A stretch of DNA of 64,000 nucleotides from Octopus vulgaris (Eukaryota): NCBI GenBank assembly GCA_951406725.2, contig OX597832.1, positions 36,456,001-36,520,000 on the forward strand, written 5' to 3'. Positions within the stretch are counted from its first letter, which is position 1; each line of letters begins with the position of its first letter. This document shows, piece after piece, positions 40,048 to 52,840 of this stretch. A program made the translations under genes and the position numbers. The notes under the pieces are model-generated. The model did no database searches, was not told the DNA's origin, and worked only from the letters and a program-made list of their open reading frames with translations.

Positions 40048-40449
40048 AAGGCAAAATTAACCTCTGCAAGATTCAATCTCCTAAATATAAAGGGCTGCTT
40101 AGCAGTATTTCTTCTGACAACAATGACTAGTAATCATTTATCAGCCACTGATATTGTTCTAGATCTGCAATACAGAGGAAAGATAGCAAATTTTGTCTTA
40201 GTCAAGTTACCATATTTAGTTATATTAAAAATGTCATCTTGACTAAAAATGCTTTTTTTGTCAATGCTTTGTAAGTTGTTATTCACAGCTGAATTTGCTT
40301 TTGGACACATTGTTAATAATTACTTTACATATTTCTCGATGTTTCTGCATTTGCATTCTAAAACACGTGCCTGTGTACACACATGCATACACACACAGAC
40401 ACACTTGCATGCATGCACACAATCTATATCTTTAGTTTATTTATGCAGT

Positions 40450-40645
40450 ATCTGCTTCAGGTCTTACACAACAGGTTATGTCTGCTACGGGCATTAGATA
40501 ATGAGTTGTGTCTGGTGCAGGCCATGAATAATGTGGTGTATCTGAAATACACCTCAGATAATGGGTGATAGATAATAAGTTATGTCTAATACATACCCCA
40601 GATAATGATTTGTGTCCATTACATACCTGAGATAATGATTTGTGT
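40450..40645. repeat. Degenerate ~30-bp minisatellite
   Basis: Recurrent agataatga(g/t)ttgtgtc...acatacc units; similar sequence resumes at ~42229-42267 after the hAT relic. Confidence 0.75.
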
Positions 40646-41200
40646 CAGGCCATTCTCAAACTTTTGGCACTCTGCCCCCCCCCCCCCCTGCATAGATTCC
40701 AGTGCCTCATCCTTTGTCAGATGAAGAAACAACATTAAAAAATAGAAAATAATTTATTTTCGAACACAAATAAATAAACCTCCCAACATAGGGTATGCAT
40801 AACCAACATAGAAAATAGTGAAGAATTTGAGATTGCTACTGCTGTATATACTAAGGTGAGGTAGTTTTCTAAGAGAAACTGTCTTCAATATTTTGTGACA
40901 CTCGTGGGGCACCATACTTTCTTTCATGTCTGATATACAGAATGGAAGGAGACTCATTGATGCTAAGGTAGATATACTTGATCTGACAGATGTCTTTCAA
41001 AAGTTCAGTTTGTTAGATACAACAATTGCAGAGCAAAAACAGCAGCCTGATAGAAAGTAAGGATGCAATTGCTTCTTTCCTCAAGAAACGCAAAGCGTAT
41101 TAGCACAACATATAACATTTGGAATTTTCACAATTTCCAAATCAGGAAGCAATTACTGAGATATTGAAGGACAGTGACCTCATTCTGTATGCGAATCATC

Positions 41201-41425
41201 TTAACCTTTTAGCATTCAAATTACTCTGTCAAATATAATGCTTATTCATTCACATTGCTTTGAATTATTCATGTACTATCTTGTAGCTTTGAGACTTCAA
41301 TGATGTGATTATGTGATTTTACAATGACATTATAGGGTAGGTTTAAGAAGCTGGACATGGCCAGTTTGGACATAAAAACTGATTATTTGGGTCAGATATA
41401 TCCAATTTAAATGCTAAAAGGTTAA
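41201..41425 (+). mobile_element. piggyBac-type MITE family 1 inserted in hAT transposase relic
   Basis: TTAA|ccttttagcattc...aatgctaaaagg|TTAA; removing it restores the host frame. Confidence 0.9.
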
Positions 41426-41465
41426 ACAGATACACAAAGATATGCAAAAAAGATTTGATGATGTT

Positions 41466-41672
41466 TTAACCATTTAGCATCTAAATTGGTCGTGTCAGGC
41501 CCAAATATTCTCCTTGTTTTTTTTGCTGATCATGGTCAAAATCTGGCCTCTCAACCTACCCTACAATGTCTTTCTAAGAGTGACCAGTTACACCATGAAT
41601 GTCTCAAAACTGAAAGCAATGTGAATAAATAAGATCTACATTGACAAAATAATGTGGATGCTAAAGGGTTAA
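41466..41672 (-). mobile_element. piggyBac-type MITE family 1 (reverse) inserted in hAT transposase relic
   Basis: TTAA|ccatttagcat...atgctaaaggg|TTAA; removing it restores the host frame. Confidence 0.9.
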
Positions 41673-42274
41673 ACTTAGGTATCTTGGATTGAATTTTGAA
41701 TCCCTCTAAAGTTGAAACCACACAATTTCAGGCAGAAATTCAAGAGCATTCGATTGATTTCCAGATGGATATCATTGCACGCCATCAGTTTGATCTTTTT
41801 TCATAAAGATATTTGAATCAAAAGTAATCTGTCAAATAAATTCCCAACACTGTGGGGGAAAAAAGGCAAATGCTTTTCATAGTATTTCCCTCAACATATT
41901 TAGTTGAGTGTAAATTTAATAACCTATTTGTCTTAACCAAATCAAAGAACAGACTTTTAACATTGACTCAAAAAGTGACTTCCAACTGTCCTTACCTAAC
42001 CTCGAACCCAACATCATAAAACTTGTCACAATACACCAACCTTATAGATTTTGTAAGTCATAATAAATATCAGATCTTTAATTTCATGTGGTTCTTGTTA
42101 TATCTTTGTTGAAAAGTTCATTTATTTGTTTTCAATAATAAATTATATTCTATTCTTTGATGATGTTTCTTTGTTCGATGAAATATGGTACCTAGAGTCT
42201 TAAGTAGAGCTCCTAAGAATGGGTGGTTTAGATAAATGATTTCTCACTGCTACAGGCCTGAGATAATACAAATC

Positions 42275-43323
42275 AGATCTTTGTGGTTTTCGTCATTGTT
42301 TACGATTATCTTTAAACAATTGTTTTAATGTGTCATATCGATGTAATTTTTGATTCGGAATCTGAATTTCATATTCATTTATTCCAGAAAAATTTTGCAA
42401 AAAATGTTACAGGTGTTCAAAGTTTGGTCATTTTCAGAATATCAGAAAACAGCACGTTCACTGCTTCTTCCATCCTCAAATCATCAAGGAGTGACCAGGA
42501 TGGGGGTGGGGTGGGGGGCACCGGCATGTCAAAACATTGCTGGAAATAAGCCAAACATTAGAATATACATGGATGAAGGTAACATTAAAACATTTGCGAG
42601 CAAATTAAATATTTAAACAAACCAACAAGAGTTGCTAGAAATAACAGTCAAAACATTGTTTAAAAGAGACATTTATTAGTTTAAAAAATTCAAGAATGAA
42701 AGTTTGCAATACACTCTAGGATTTTATAAAATAAACTAGCTGGCTCTGTGCCATCAAAAATTACGGCTAATTGTAGTATTTTATATATAAATATGGATGG
42801 TAAATCAAAATAATACACTTGCCTATGTTCACATACATTCACATACTTCCCTTGCACACGCACACACACACACACACACTCACTCACACAGAGTTGTAAT
42901 GCTGTTTGATTTTTCTTTTCAACATTGAAAGTTCACCTTCCCACCAGTTTGCCATCACTCCTTCCTTTCTTATTCATCTGTCACTCCTTCCTTTCTCATT
43001 TATATGTTGTGACCGAGAAAAACACAAGAGTATTATTATAGTAGATTATCTTTCTCACATCTCCTTCTCCACCTAGTGTACATGCGCAGCATCTTTGGTT
43101 ACTATGGAAACAGTTTTTGCCACAGTAATGTGTAAAATACTCACTTCTGGTTGGCTAAAATAACCAAATTTTGCAAATTTTAAAAGCTAATAACTTTTTA
43201 ATTATGGATTTATGTGAAAAATTAATTTCATTTTCATAATTAGTTTACAAAACTTACTCCATATACCAAATTTGAAAACAATTGGAACAAAATTATAAAC
43301 AGTCACAAAAACCACAAAGATCC
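42275..43323. mobile_element. Non-autonomous DNA transposon with long imperfect TIRs and 8-bp TSD (Merlin-like)
   Basis: Left end agatctttgtggttttcgtcattgtttacgatt; reverse complement of right end ggatctttgtggtttttgtgactgtttataatt. TSD tacaaatc (42267-42274) / tccaaatc (43324-43331). Confidence 0.7.
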
Positions 43324-43481
43324 TCCAAATCATATATCTAAAGGCGGTGCTCCAGCATGGCCGCAGTCAGATGACTGAAACAAGTAAAAGAGTAAAAGAG
43401 TATCTGTGAGTTTGCTACAGGTCTTAGTTAATTCAAATCATATATCACTTTTGTTTAATAAAGCAACACTTCTAATGGTGG

Positions 43482-43513
<32 letters not shown>

Positions 43514-44383
43514 CACACACACACAAAACTAGTACCAAGTACTTTCTATTTCTGTAACCTTAAAGCATGTTCAGTGAAATTGTTGAGTGAGTAAGATACT
43601 TAATTACAAGTAATAGGTTCAAACACTCAAGTGTTTTGTTGTATATTTTCAAGAGTACAGCTAAATTGTTTGTTTTGGGTGCATGGGAGTCAGAAATAGG
43701 CACCAAATCATCTGAGAATGTCATCTGAAATAGACTATCTTTCTGTCCAGGAGTCAATTTTTCTCACATTTGTTTATTAATGACAAGAGTGTACAGTATT
43801 GTCTATTTAAAGCTCTTTCTGTCTTGTAGAGATTTTGACATTAAATTTAATTCACCGTGGGGAGGGTTTGTGACTAGAGAAAAAGGCTTCAATGAGAGAG
43901 GGAGATGTCAGACAGACAGACAGACAAATTGGTATTCTTATGTTGATGGTGTAACATTTATTTTGAGGATATGATGGCAACCTTTAACTGGAAGTTTTCA
44001 GAAGAAATCAGGAATAATTGACAGTTTACGGAGTGGTGTGGGTGAAGATTTAAAAGAGAAGTAAATATTTAAGAGACATTTGAAATGGAAGGTCAGATGG
44101 CTCCAGCTGGGTATTTTTTGTTGATATCAGCAGGAATAATTTTAGTTTGTTTAAATCCATTAAACATATTATCTTCTGCCATAGAACGGGACATCAAAAG
44201 GTTAACTGAGCTAGCACAAAAACACCCCCCAAAAAACAACAACAGGTTTATCACTAAACAAGTCACACTTCAAAATGTAATGCTTCATGATGACAATAGT
44301 AGTAATAATAATGATAATAATTTCTTTTATTTGCCCCAGGGAGAGAATTACAAAAACAGTTTGCGTCATCATTGTCACACATT

Positions 44384-44555
44384 CATTTAACATCCATTTT
44401 CCATGCTGGTATGGGTTGGAGAGAGCCGGCCAGCTGGAGAACTACTCCAGGCTCCAATCGTTCATTTTTGGCATGGTTTCTATGGTTGGCTGCCCTTCAT
44501 AATGCCACCCAATTACACAGAGTGGACTGGGTGCTTTTTACATGGCACCACCACA
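44384..44555 (-). mobile_element. RTE-type 3' tail copy
   Basis: Reverse complement of the same tail (catttaacatccattttccatgctggtatgggttgga...ggcatggtttctatggttggctgccctt). Shorter copies at ~3516, ~46978, ~54280 and ~63085. Confidence 0.7.
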
Positions 44556-45585
44556 GATGGGGTTTAGCAAATTGGATGAGAACAACAAAAAAGAGAGGCG
44601 TGAAATGAAATGGAAAGTATACATAATGTATGAAATACATGAATATTATACAAGGATGATACAGTCCTCCTGTATGGGGAAACTTTCATCTAAGGCCAGT
44701 CAAAAAAACCTAACAGATTCAAGATCACCCTCATCCCCAAGGGCCTGAGCCTTGTGTTATTTCTACTGATTTATTTTAAGCTTAACTCTAGCTGAATGCA
44801 CAACTTGGTTTTAATTTCTCCACTTAAAGCCATTTCAATTATTGTTTAACGATATTGTCAATGCTTTTGAAAAAAAGCGTGAATGTCTCCTAATGTCATT
44901 GTCTGTTCTCTGCCAGTGGAATACATTATAGCTGTGTAAGGACTTGGTGAGTAGATTTCACAGCCCTAGTTCACATCCCTAACGTAGCTAGCTACATCAC
45001 TTCAGGGTGAAGTTACAACCTTACAATAAGTCTGTATAGTTGTTCATGTCTGAAATATGTTTACTTCAGTGGAAATACTCGAGTAAAAGTAAATACTCTG
45101 AAATCAATGTCAAATATTAATTAGCAATAATATTTAATAATCAATATAATTACATTAACTTTACAAGAAATCCAAGGCATCAAGATGTCTCACATGCATT
45201 GAATGACAATTGTTTTTTTTTTCTTTTTTGCGGAAATATTGAATGTGAAACTAACAGTGGTGACGATATATGACAGTCAAAAATGGTAATTTAAGCGTAT
45301 AATAAGCAACCTTGTTCACTTCAACTGTGCTCTTGGAGAAGAGTGAAGTATTGCTACTAGTGATTGTGTAGCTTGGATATACCCCAATACTGATATTGTT
45401 ATCCAGCCTTAAATTTTGATGCCACTTGAGATGCTGTGTGATATATTAGAGAGAGGGAGGGAGGGAGGGAGCGAGAGAGTTTGGTTAAACAAGATAACTA
45501 GAACTCAGTACATGAGTTTACATGGCGTTATTTTTATTGGCAAAAATCAGTAACTAAAGGTCTGAAAATCTCAGGCATACTATGC

Positions 45586-46475
45586 ATGAAACACCATCAA
45601 ACATTGACCTATGAAGCAATGAAACCTTCATGCTTGAAGTATCACTATGATGCAAAGTATTCTGACAAGGACAAACCATTGTCATACTTTTTGCAATTGA
45701 GCACCTCTTTCAAAAAGCAAACACAAAAATTCAACAGGTTACCCCAGGAAACAAGTAAGCAGGAGAATGACAGGTTGATTGCATTGTACAGCATTGCATT
45801 GCTTGTTGCAAAGTCTGGGAAGTTCACAGAACTGGAGAAACATTACTTTGCCTGGTTGTTGAAGGTGTTATATCTTTTTACTCTCTGATATATTCACAAA
45901 ATTAAATGATTTGAATAAGTTATTGCAAGGAAACAGAAAAACTCTCATTGACTGTAAATCATTTACCACTACCTTCATTTCGAAATTGGTGCTGTATAAG
46001 ACTAACATTTCAAAACGTCACTTCCATCAATTTCCACAACTTCATTCTTTGAAAGATAAATTGGTTGATGAGGATTTAACTACAAAAGATGTTATTGTGC
46101 TGAATATTCCAAATTGGTATAGCAATCCATTTGAGGTCGATGCTGTTGATTGCGAGGATGATGTTCAGGAGGAATTTGATTGAATTACAAGATGACAATG
46201 ATGCCACAATGCGATATCGCCGTAATGGCAAAGAAGGTTTGTGGTACCATCAAAGTATACAGAATTCCTACCCCAGTCTGTGGAAACATCTGAAATTACT
46301 TCTGCTTGCCTTCCCTACCTCGTACCTGGTTGAATCTGGTTTTAACCATTTTGGAACTTTACCTTCCCATAAAAGAATTGGACTGGATGTGACACAATGA
46401 GGAGACTTGCAGTTAAAGTTGACAAGTTTGAAACTGAATCTATCTGCAATTGCACCAGACACATGGTTCTCATTA
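45586..46475 (+). mobile_element. Second hAT (SCAND3/ZBED8-like) transposase relic, internally deleted
   Basis: ORFs 45586..45888 (EAMKPSCLKYH..KDKPLSYF), 45911..46183 (LLQG..FISKLVLYKTNI..FHQFPQL..IPNWYSNPF) and 46131..46400 (LIELQ..YPSLW..LLLAFPTSYLVESGF, hAT C-terminal dimerisation motif). Confidence 0.85.
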
Positions 46476-46932
46476 AAAAGTTGTATTCTTTGCCTTTATA
46501 ATACAATCATTAAGTATTTTTGCATCAGTAGTTCTGATCAATGGTTTATTTGGGGAAAATAAAACTCAGTGTAAAAGAAAATGCAAGTTTACCGAAGTTA
46601 ATCTGGCTACATGATGTAGAACTAATGTTAGAATTTTATTCACATTAATGGCAAAACTAAACCCACAATAAGGGATTTGTAAACAACTGCATATTTAGTC
46701 AATACTGGGTAACGAGTTTTTGATATAGTGTGTGTGTGTCAAATGATAGAAGGGGGATTCTCCTAGGGGATTTAGTGTTTGTGAGGGTTGTATCAGGGTT
46801 TTATATATATATAGATAAATAAAAATCAAGCACGAAAATAACACCTTTGTGAAAATTTATCTCTCTTGTGTTTTTCTTGTTTTTGTTCATTTATTGTCTC
46901 TTTCTGTCTCCCTATCTTTACCACCTCTCTCC

Positions 46933-46936
<4 letters not shown>

Positions 46937-46980
<44 letters not shown>

Positions 46981-47102
46981 CCATGCCAGCATGGAAGACG
47001 GACATTAAGCGGTGATGATGATATGGCATATGCATATTGAATTTTAAAAGCAACTGGTTATTAGTATCGCTATGCCTAAGCTAATCATAATACACACACA
47101 CA

Positions 47103-47145
<43 letters not shown>

Positions 47146-47390
47146 ACACACACACACATACACACACACACACGCACATACACACGCACATTGTTCTATT
47201 AATGTTTTTCCATACTTGCAAGAGGCAGAATTTTTATGCTGACACACACACACACACACACACATGCACGCACGCGAGTGCATTTGTAAGTGTGCTATTT
47301 AAATATACTGCATTCATCTGTTACACAATGTATTGAGTAGTCTTCCTCTTTCATTTACAAACTATTATTCCACTCACACACAGACACTCC

Positions 47391-47421
<31 letters not shown>

Positions 47422-47432
47422 ACACACACACA
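46937..47432. repeat. Cluster of (TA)n and (CA)n microsatellites
   Basis: Direct reading. Confidence 0.9.
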
Positions 47433-48119
47433 TGCAGTATATCTATAATTAGCCAAATATTGTCGTGTTCTTCAATGGCTAATCCACCACAGTTAACTGA
47501 GCTGATTTTCTATTAAAACCTTCTGCTGTCATTGTACTCTAACATTGTACTCCATCATTGTACTCCAACACTTGTGTTTTCTCTATTGATTCCTTATAGT
47601 CTCCATCATCACCATCAAACACTGAATGGATCAACACTATTCATGACCAGCCACTGTTCTCAGTGAAATGATTTCAGCCACGAACCTGTTTGACCAGTTG
47701 GCTTTTTGGCCAGCCGATCATTGCCAATGACTCTGTGTAATAATGTCGTTGTGTTATTGTTGTTGTTGTTACTGGTGTCTTTTATTTATCCACTAAAATC
47801 TTGTGTTGTATTCGAAGTCTACCTGTTTTGTTAATCGCCTCGTGCTTTGTCACTGCCATTCCATCACTGACCCCCCCCCCCTATTCTACGTAGGATCGTT
47901 ATCAACACCTCTACAATATCAACAACACCACTGCAATATCAATGGGATGAATGAAAACTACGATTTCCTCGCCTCCCCCACACATACAACCAACACTTCT
48001 TCTGTTTGTGACTATTCCAACCACCTGAGCAACATGAGGCAAACGCAAGACTGAAATAAGAGCAGCAGCAGCAGGAGGGGCTATAGTTTTAAGTGTATCT
48101 CTACAGATTTTTCTATAAA

Positions 48120-48288
48120 GGTACAGGTGTGGCCATGTGGTAAGAAGCTTGCTTCCCAACCACATAGTTCTGGGTTCAGTCCCACTGTATGGCACCTTGG
48201 GCAAGTGTCTTCTACTACAGCCTTGGGTCAACGAAAGCCCTGTGAGTGGATTTGATAGACGGAAACTAAAAGAAACCTGTTGTGTGTG

Positions 48289-48319
<31 letters not shown>

Positions 48320-48533
48320 CTGTATCTGTGTTTGTTCCCCCACCATCACTTGACAATTGATGTTGGTGTGCTTACATACCTGTAACTTAGCAGTTCAGCA
48401 AAAAGAGACCAATAGAATAAGTACTAGGCTTACAAAGGGTAAGTTCTGGGGTCGATTTCTTTGACTAAAACCCCTTTAAGGTGGTGCTCCAGCATGGCCA
48501 CAGACAAATGACTGAAACAAACAAAAGAATAAA
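48120..48533 (+). mobile_element. SINE family A, full length
   Basis: Complete head, internal (TG)n and tail gactgaaacaaacaaaagaataaaa. Confidence 0.9.
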
Positions 48534-48959
48534 ATTGAGAGCCTGCACTTAAAGTTACGATGTTTCATATACAGATGTGTAAGCATATTTGTATGTGAAA
48601 TATAACTTTCAATACTGGCTCTAAATTCTACAGAAAATTTGTGAAGATAAAATTTAAAATGAGAATATCCTATTGCTAACACAAAAGTAAGACATAATAT
48701 TGACTTGCAAGCCTTTAATATACCATATTTTCCAACATAGAAGGCACACTTTTTCCCCCAAACTTATTCCCCGAAAGTTCTCCTGCAATTTATATGCTGA
48801 ATGTCAGGCTTTGGCTAGACTTGATTAGTGTTGTTAACAATGGTCAATGCTGGTGATAGTGGAGTTCGGTGGTGAAGAGTTAAGGTAAATATTGTAACTC
48901 AGGCTACCATAATAGCTTACCAAAGGGCAGCAGTCTAAATTTTCATGGGAAGTATCTTC

Positions 48960-49345
48960 TTTTAATCCTTATCGTTTAAATTTTAAGAAAGCCTTGCAAA
49001 TTTTTATAGCTCCCTGATATTGTGATTGTTTGTAGTATTTTCATTCTCTCCCTAAGATCCCAAATCCAATCATACTTTACAGCTGATGGGTTGGTGTGTA
49101 TCATGTTGCTCCAATAATAATAGGTAAGGAGCTGAAAGTGTATCTGGGGTACTATATTTGCCAGCTCCCTATCAATGTTCAGTAGATGTCCTCTTTCTCT
49201 TTTCCTAACCACATTCGTGTCCAGAGGGCAACTGATCTCCGCAACGGAACATATCTTTACTTTGTAGCTCCCGCACAATATCTGGCCGGTTATGTTTTAC
49301 CTTTTGACTGTTTTAATTTTTAAGTTTCACCATGTGTATGTACAT
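48960..49345 (-). mobile_element. Relic of the restriction-like endonuclease (RLE) C-terminus of an R4/NeSL/Hero-type non-LTR element
   Basis: Minus strand gives HNRPDIV (frameshift) KICSVAEISCPLDTNVVRK ... PIIIGA ... GSYKNLQGFLKI, matching the RPD...IEISCP.D RLE motif. Confidence 0.7.
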
Positions 49346-50001
49346 AGTCAGAAGTGAAGGTTCTACCCACCACCCTTTACAAGTCCTCTATACCTAGTTG
49401 TGCTGGGGGTGGGGTAAAGAAGGTATCCCCAAACCAGAGACCTTGTACCATAATGAACTCTGCTTAAGGCATCTTGGTGACCAGGAGGTAGTGTTACACT
49501 GAGGGCTGGGTAGACCATAGCAGGATTGTTTTACTAATCCCCCATTCTGGATTGGTAACTGTTTTTACTGACCTTGAAAGGATGACAAAGTTGACTTTGT
49601 CAACATTTGAACTCAAAACACACACACACTCACATATATTGTGTGTGTGTATGTGTGTGTGTGTGAGCATTTATAGATACAGGTGTGAACTAATGTGTCA
49701 AGTTTTATAACTGTATAAGAGAAATGTAACTGAGTGGTTTGCTAAATCAAAATCAATAAAATAAGTGCCAGATTGAAATTAATTAGTGATGGTCAGTATA
49801 TTTCCTGGAAGAGAAATGTATTGCATTAGTGGTATGTAACTTGTTATTTCACAGAAGTGTAACTATTAATCCAAACACTCAACTTATTGGGGACTTTGAG
49901 CTAAATATCAAATATAACAGATTGTGTGACATTCGGAGATTTTTCATTGGTTGATGTACTATTTGGTCATGTGACTGACATAAAAGTATTTTTCTGAATG
50001 T

Positions 50002-50003
<2 letters not shown>

Positions 50004-50051
<48 letters not shown>

Positions 50052-50425
50052 TGCTTATCAATTGTATAGACTCACTTTTTGAGTCAGAACTAATATTATT
50101 TTAACAATCCTCACCAAAATTATCACCAACTACATCACCACCACCTCCACTCCTGCTTTTACAACACCAGGTTTGTGGTAGTTGCTATATTACCACAAGT
50201 TGCTTACCTCCACAATGCCACTGCTACTATGATTACCATCGTTATCACTACCACTACCAACACTACTTCACTATCGCTGTACCACAAGCACTATCACCAC
50301 CTCTATAACACCTCTACCACCAACACTATAACCCTATTACCACTTCAACTATCAACACTACTGCCATCACACTATATCACCACTACATTTTCACCTCAAG
50401 AAACCACCACCAACACCACTGCCGG
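50004..50425. repeat. (TG)n followed by a degenerate (CAC/TAC)n low-complexity tract
   Basis: Direct reading; explains the Thr/His-rich ORF 50175..50519. Confidence 0.85.
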
Positions 50426-51507
50426 CTGGTTGCATGTCTTTAATTTCTACACCTGCTGCACTCTCACTTCACTATGCCCTGTGTATGTGTGTGTGTGTAA
50501 TATGTGTGTATTTGTCTAGGACTATGTGATTGTATGTGTATGTATGTCAATGCATTATTTTGCCTAGGACTCACTGTTCAACTCTGTGTGTGTGTGCCTG
50601 TATGTGTCTAAGCCTGTTTATTAAACTCTTGTCTGCTCTTACTATTTATTAAAATTTCCTATTTTATTTTTGTGCAATTTTACTAAACCCCCCCACCCTC
50701 CCACAAAACTCACTTGTCTCCAATTTTTGGCTGTTTTTGTTATTGTAAATAAGCCAATTAGATACTTTCAAAGATAACTTTATTTTTTTTTCTCTTCAGT
50801 TCAGTTCCTAATTTCCATGATTTCTTTAAATAAAACACAAAATTATTTTCCCAGTCATTATTCTGTTTGTTAGTTTTGCTCTTGTTTTGTTTGTATGTTT
50901 ATGTTTGTTTTAAAAAAAAATATTTGTTAATATTACACGTCTCATTGGTAAACAGCAGCCAAGACCCGAATAAAAAAAACAAAATATATTCCTATTCGTT
51001 GTTGACAATTAGAATAATACTTGTAAAAATCTGTTAAATCTCACCATTATAAAGATGGCTCAGATGATGCAGCATGGCATTATGGGTAAATTGATTGGAT
51101 GACTTGCATCAGTTTGGCGTATATTCTTTCAATGCTTGGTGCTGTGTGGGGGAGCAATGTTGTGAGGGTATACATTGTGTGGAGGTGTAGTTTCGTAGAG
51201 GGTTGTGTGGTAGTGAGGACATATGGTGTGATATGTAAGCTGGTGGGACATTTGTAAATTAAGTATATGTGAGCATATGTTGCATGTGCAGGCCGAATTG
51301 TATAGAAGTAAGGGTATGTGGTGGGGGGTAATAAAGGTGTGAGTGAGGATATGTAGTGGTGTAATAGCGAGGAGATGTTATGTGGTGGTGTAGACATGTG
51401 CTATAGTTGTGAGGACGTGGGGGATAGTTTGTGATATCAGTATTAAGATGGTGGTAAAAGGGATATATCAACAATGATATTAACAGATGCAGCAATAATA
51501 ATAATTC

Positions 51508-52300
51508 TTTCTATCATTGGTACCGAGCCTGAAATTTGAGGGGCGGGGGGCTAGTCAATTACTTTGATCCCAGTGTGTAACTGGTACTTATTTCATCAAC
51601 CCTGAAAGGATGCGAGGCAAAGTCAACCTCAGAGGAATTTGAACTCAGAATGTAAAGATGCTGCTTAGCTTTTTTCCTGGCATGCTAATGATTCTACCAG
51701 CTTGTCAACTTAATAATAATCATAATAATAACGATTTCAAATTTTGGTACAAGGTCAGCAATTTTGAGGATTACATTGACCCTAACTTTCTCTGAAAGGA
51801 TGAATGGCAAAATTGACTTCCGTGGAATTTGAATGCAAGGTTTAAAGATGGATGAAATTCCACTAAGTATTTTGTCTGGCATAATAATGATTTTGTCAGC
51901 TTGCCACCTAAATACTATAACAGTGTATTTGTTTGACCCAGGTTGCCATAGTCATATGTTGTGTTAGTTTCTATATCCTTCTAGTCATGCAAAGGATTCT
52001 ATAGCAATCTACTCCACCTGTTCACATTCTTCACTGTATTTCCAATATATAGATATAAATAATAATAATAGTAATAATTTTAATAGTGATTTCAAATTTT
52101 GGCACAAGGTAGCAATTTGTAGGGGAATGGGTAAATTGATTACATCAATCCCAGTATTCAACTGGTATATATTTCATCGACCCTGAAAGGATGAAAACAA
52201 AGCTGACTTCGGCGGGATTTGAAGTCAGAGCATAAAGACAGACAAAATGCCGCTAAGCATTTTGCCTGGTGTACTAACAATTCTGCCAGCTCACTGCCTT
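51508..52300 (-). mobile_element. Cluster of three SINE family B copies
   Basis: Units at ~51508-51712, ~51733-51910 and ~52088-52300, separated or flanked by (TAA)n. Confidence 0.8.
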
Positions 52301-52840
52301 GATAATAATAATGATAATAATAAAAGCATGTGGCTGAGTTCACTTACAATTGCAAGGTCATGGTTTCAATTTCTGGGCTGAGTGGTGCATTGTGTTCTTG
52401 AGTAAAACATTTCATGATGCTCCAGTCTACTCAGCCATCATAAATGAGTAATCTTAAAATGGACTGGCATCCCATCCAAGAGGAATGTCACTTATACATA
52501 ATGGTAAATAGGTAATCAGCCCCGAGAGCCCTAGACAGTGATGTCCAGTGGCTGAGGATTCTGATGAGGAAAAAAAAAAAAAACGCTATACACCTGATCA
52601 GAAACTATTTACCTTACTAACATATTATGACCACTGATCAACTGATACTGCTGTACTTTCTCTCTCTCTCTCTACTAATATCACACTATATCAGTTAGAA
52701 TGTACATCTTAGCTTATATGTTCCATTTTGGCATGGTTGGCACACCTGAATTGGCATAGCTGTTAGTATTTGCCAGAATGCCTTGCAGCATTCATTTTGG
52801 CTCTCAACACTTTGAATTCAAATCCTGCCAAGGTCAACTC

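Larger units (their letters stand above)
40646..42225 (+). mobile_element. hAT (Charlie/SCAND3/ZBED8-like) transposon relic interrupted by two MITEs
   Basis: Starts CAGGCCATTCTCAAAC (hAT-like TIR). Translated fragments: DILDLTDVFQKF, AIASFLKK..EFSQFPN..DSDLILYANHLKQIHKDMQKRFDDVLNL..ILNP, FPSTYLVEC.F, LEPNIIKLV.IHQ. Right end uncertain. Confidence 0.8.

Noticed and set aside
40450-40645. CRISPR-like repeat/spacer array
   Set aside because: Units are contiguous and degenerate with no unique spacers; eukaryotic context and no cas genes.
45586-46475. Domesticated SCAND3/ZBED8-like host gene
   Set aside because: Frameshifts, stops and a large internal deletion indicate a dead transposon.
52545-52620. 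CTGATGA...GAAAC hammerhead-like core
   Set aside because: The intervening sequence is poly-A and I could not build the required stems; at most a decayed Penelope-like end.
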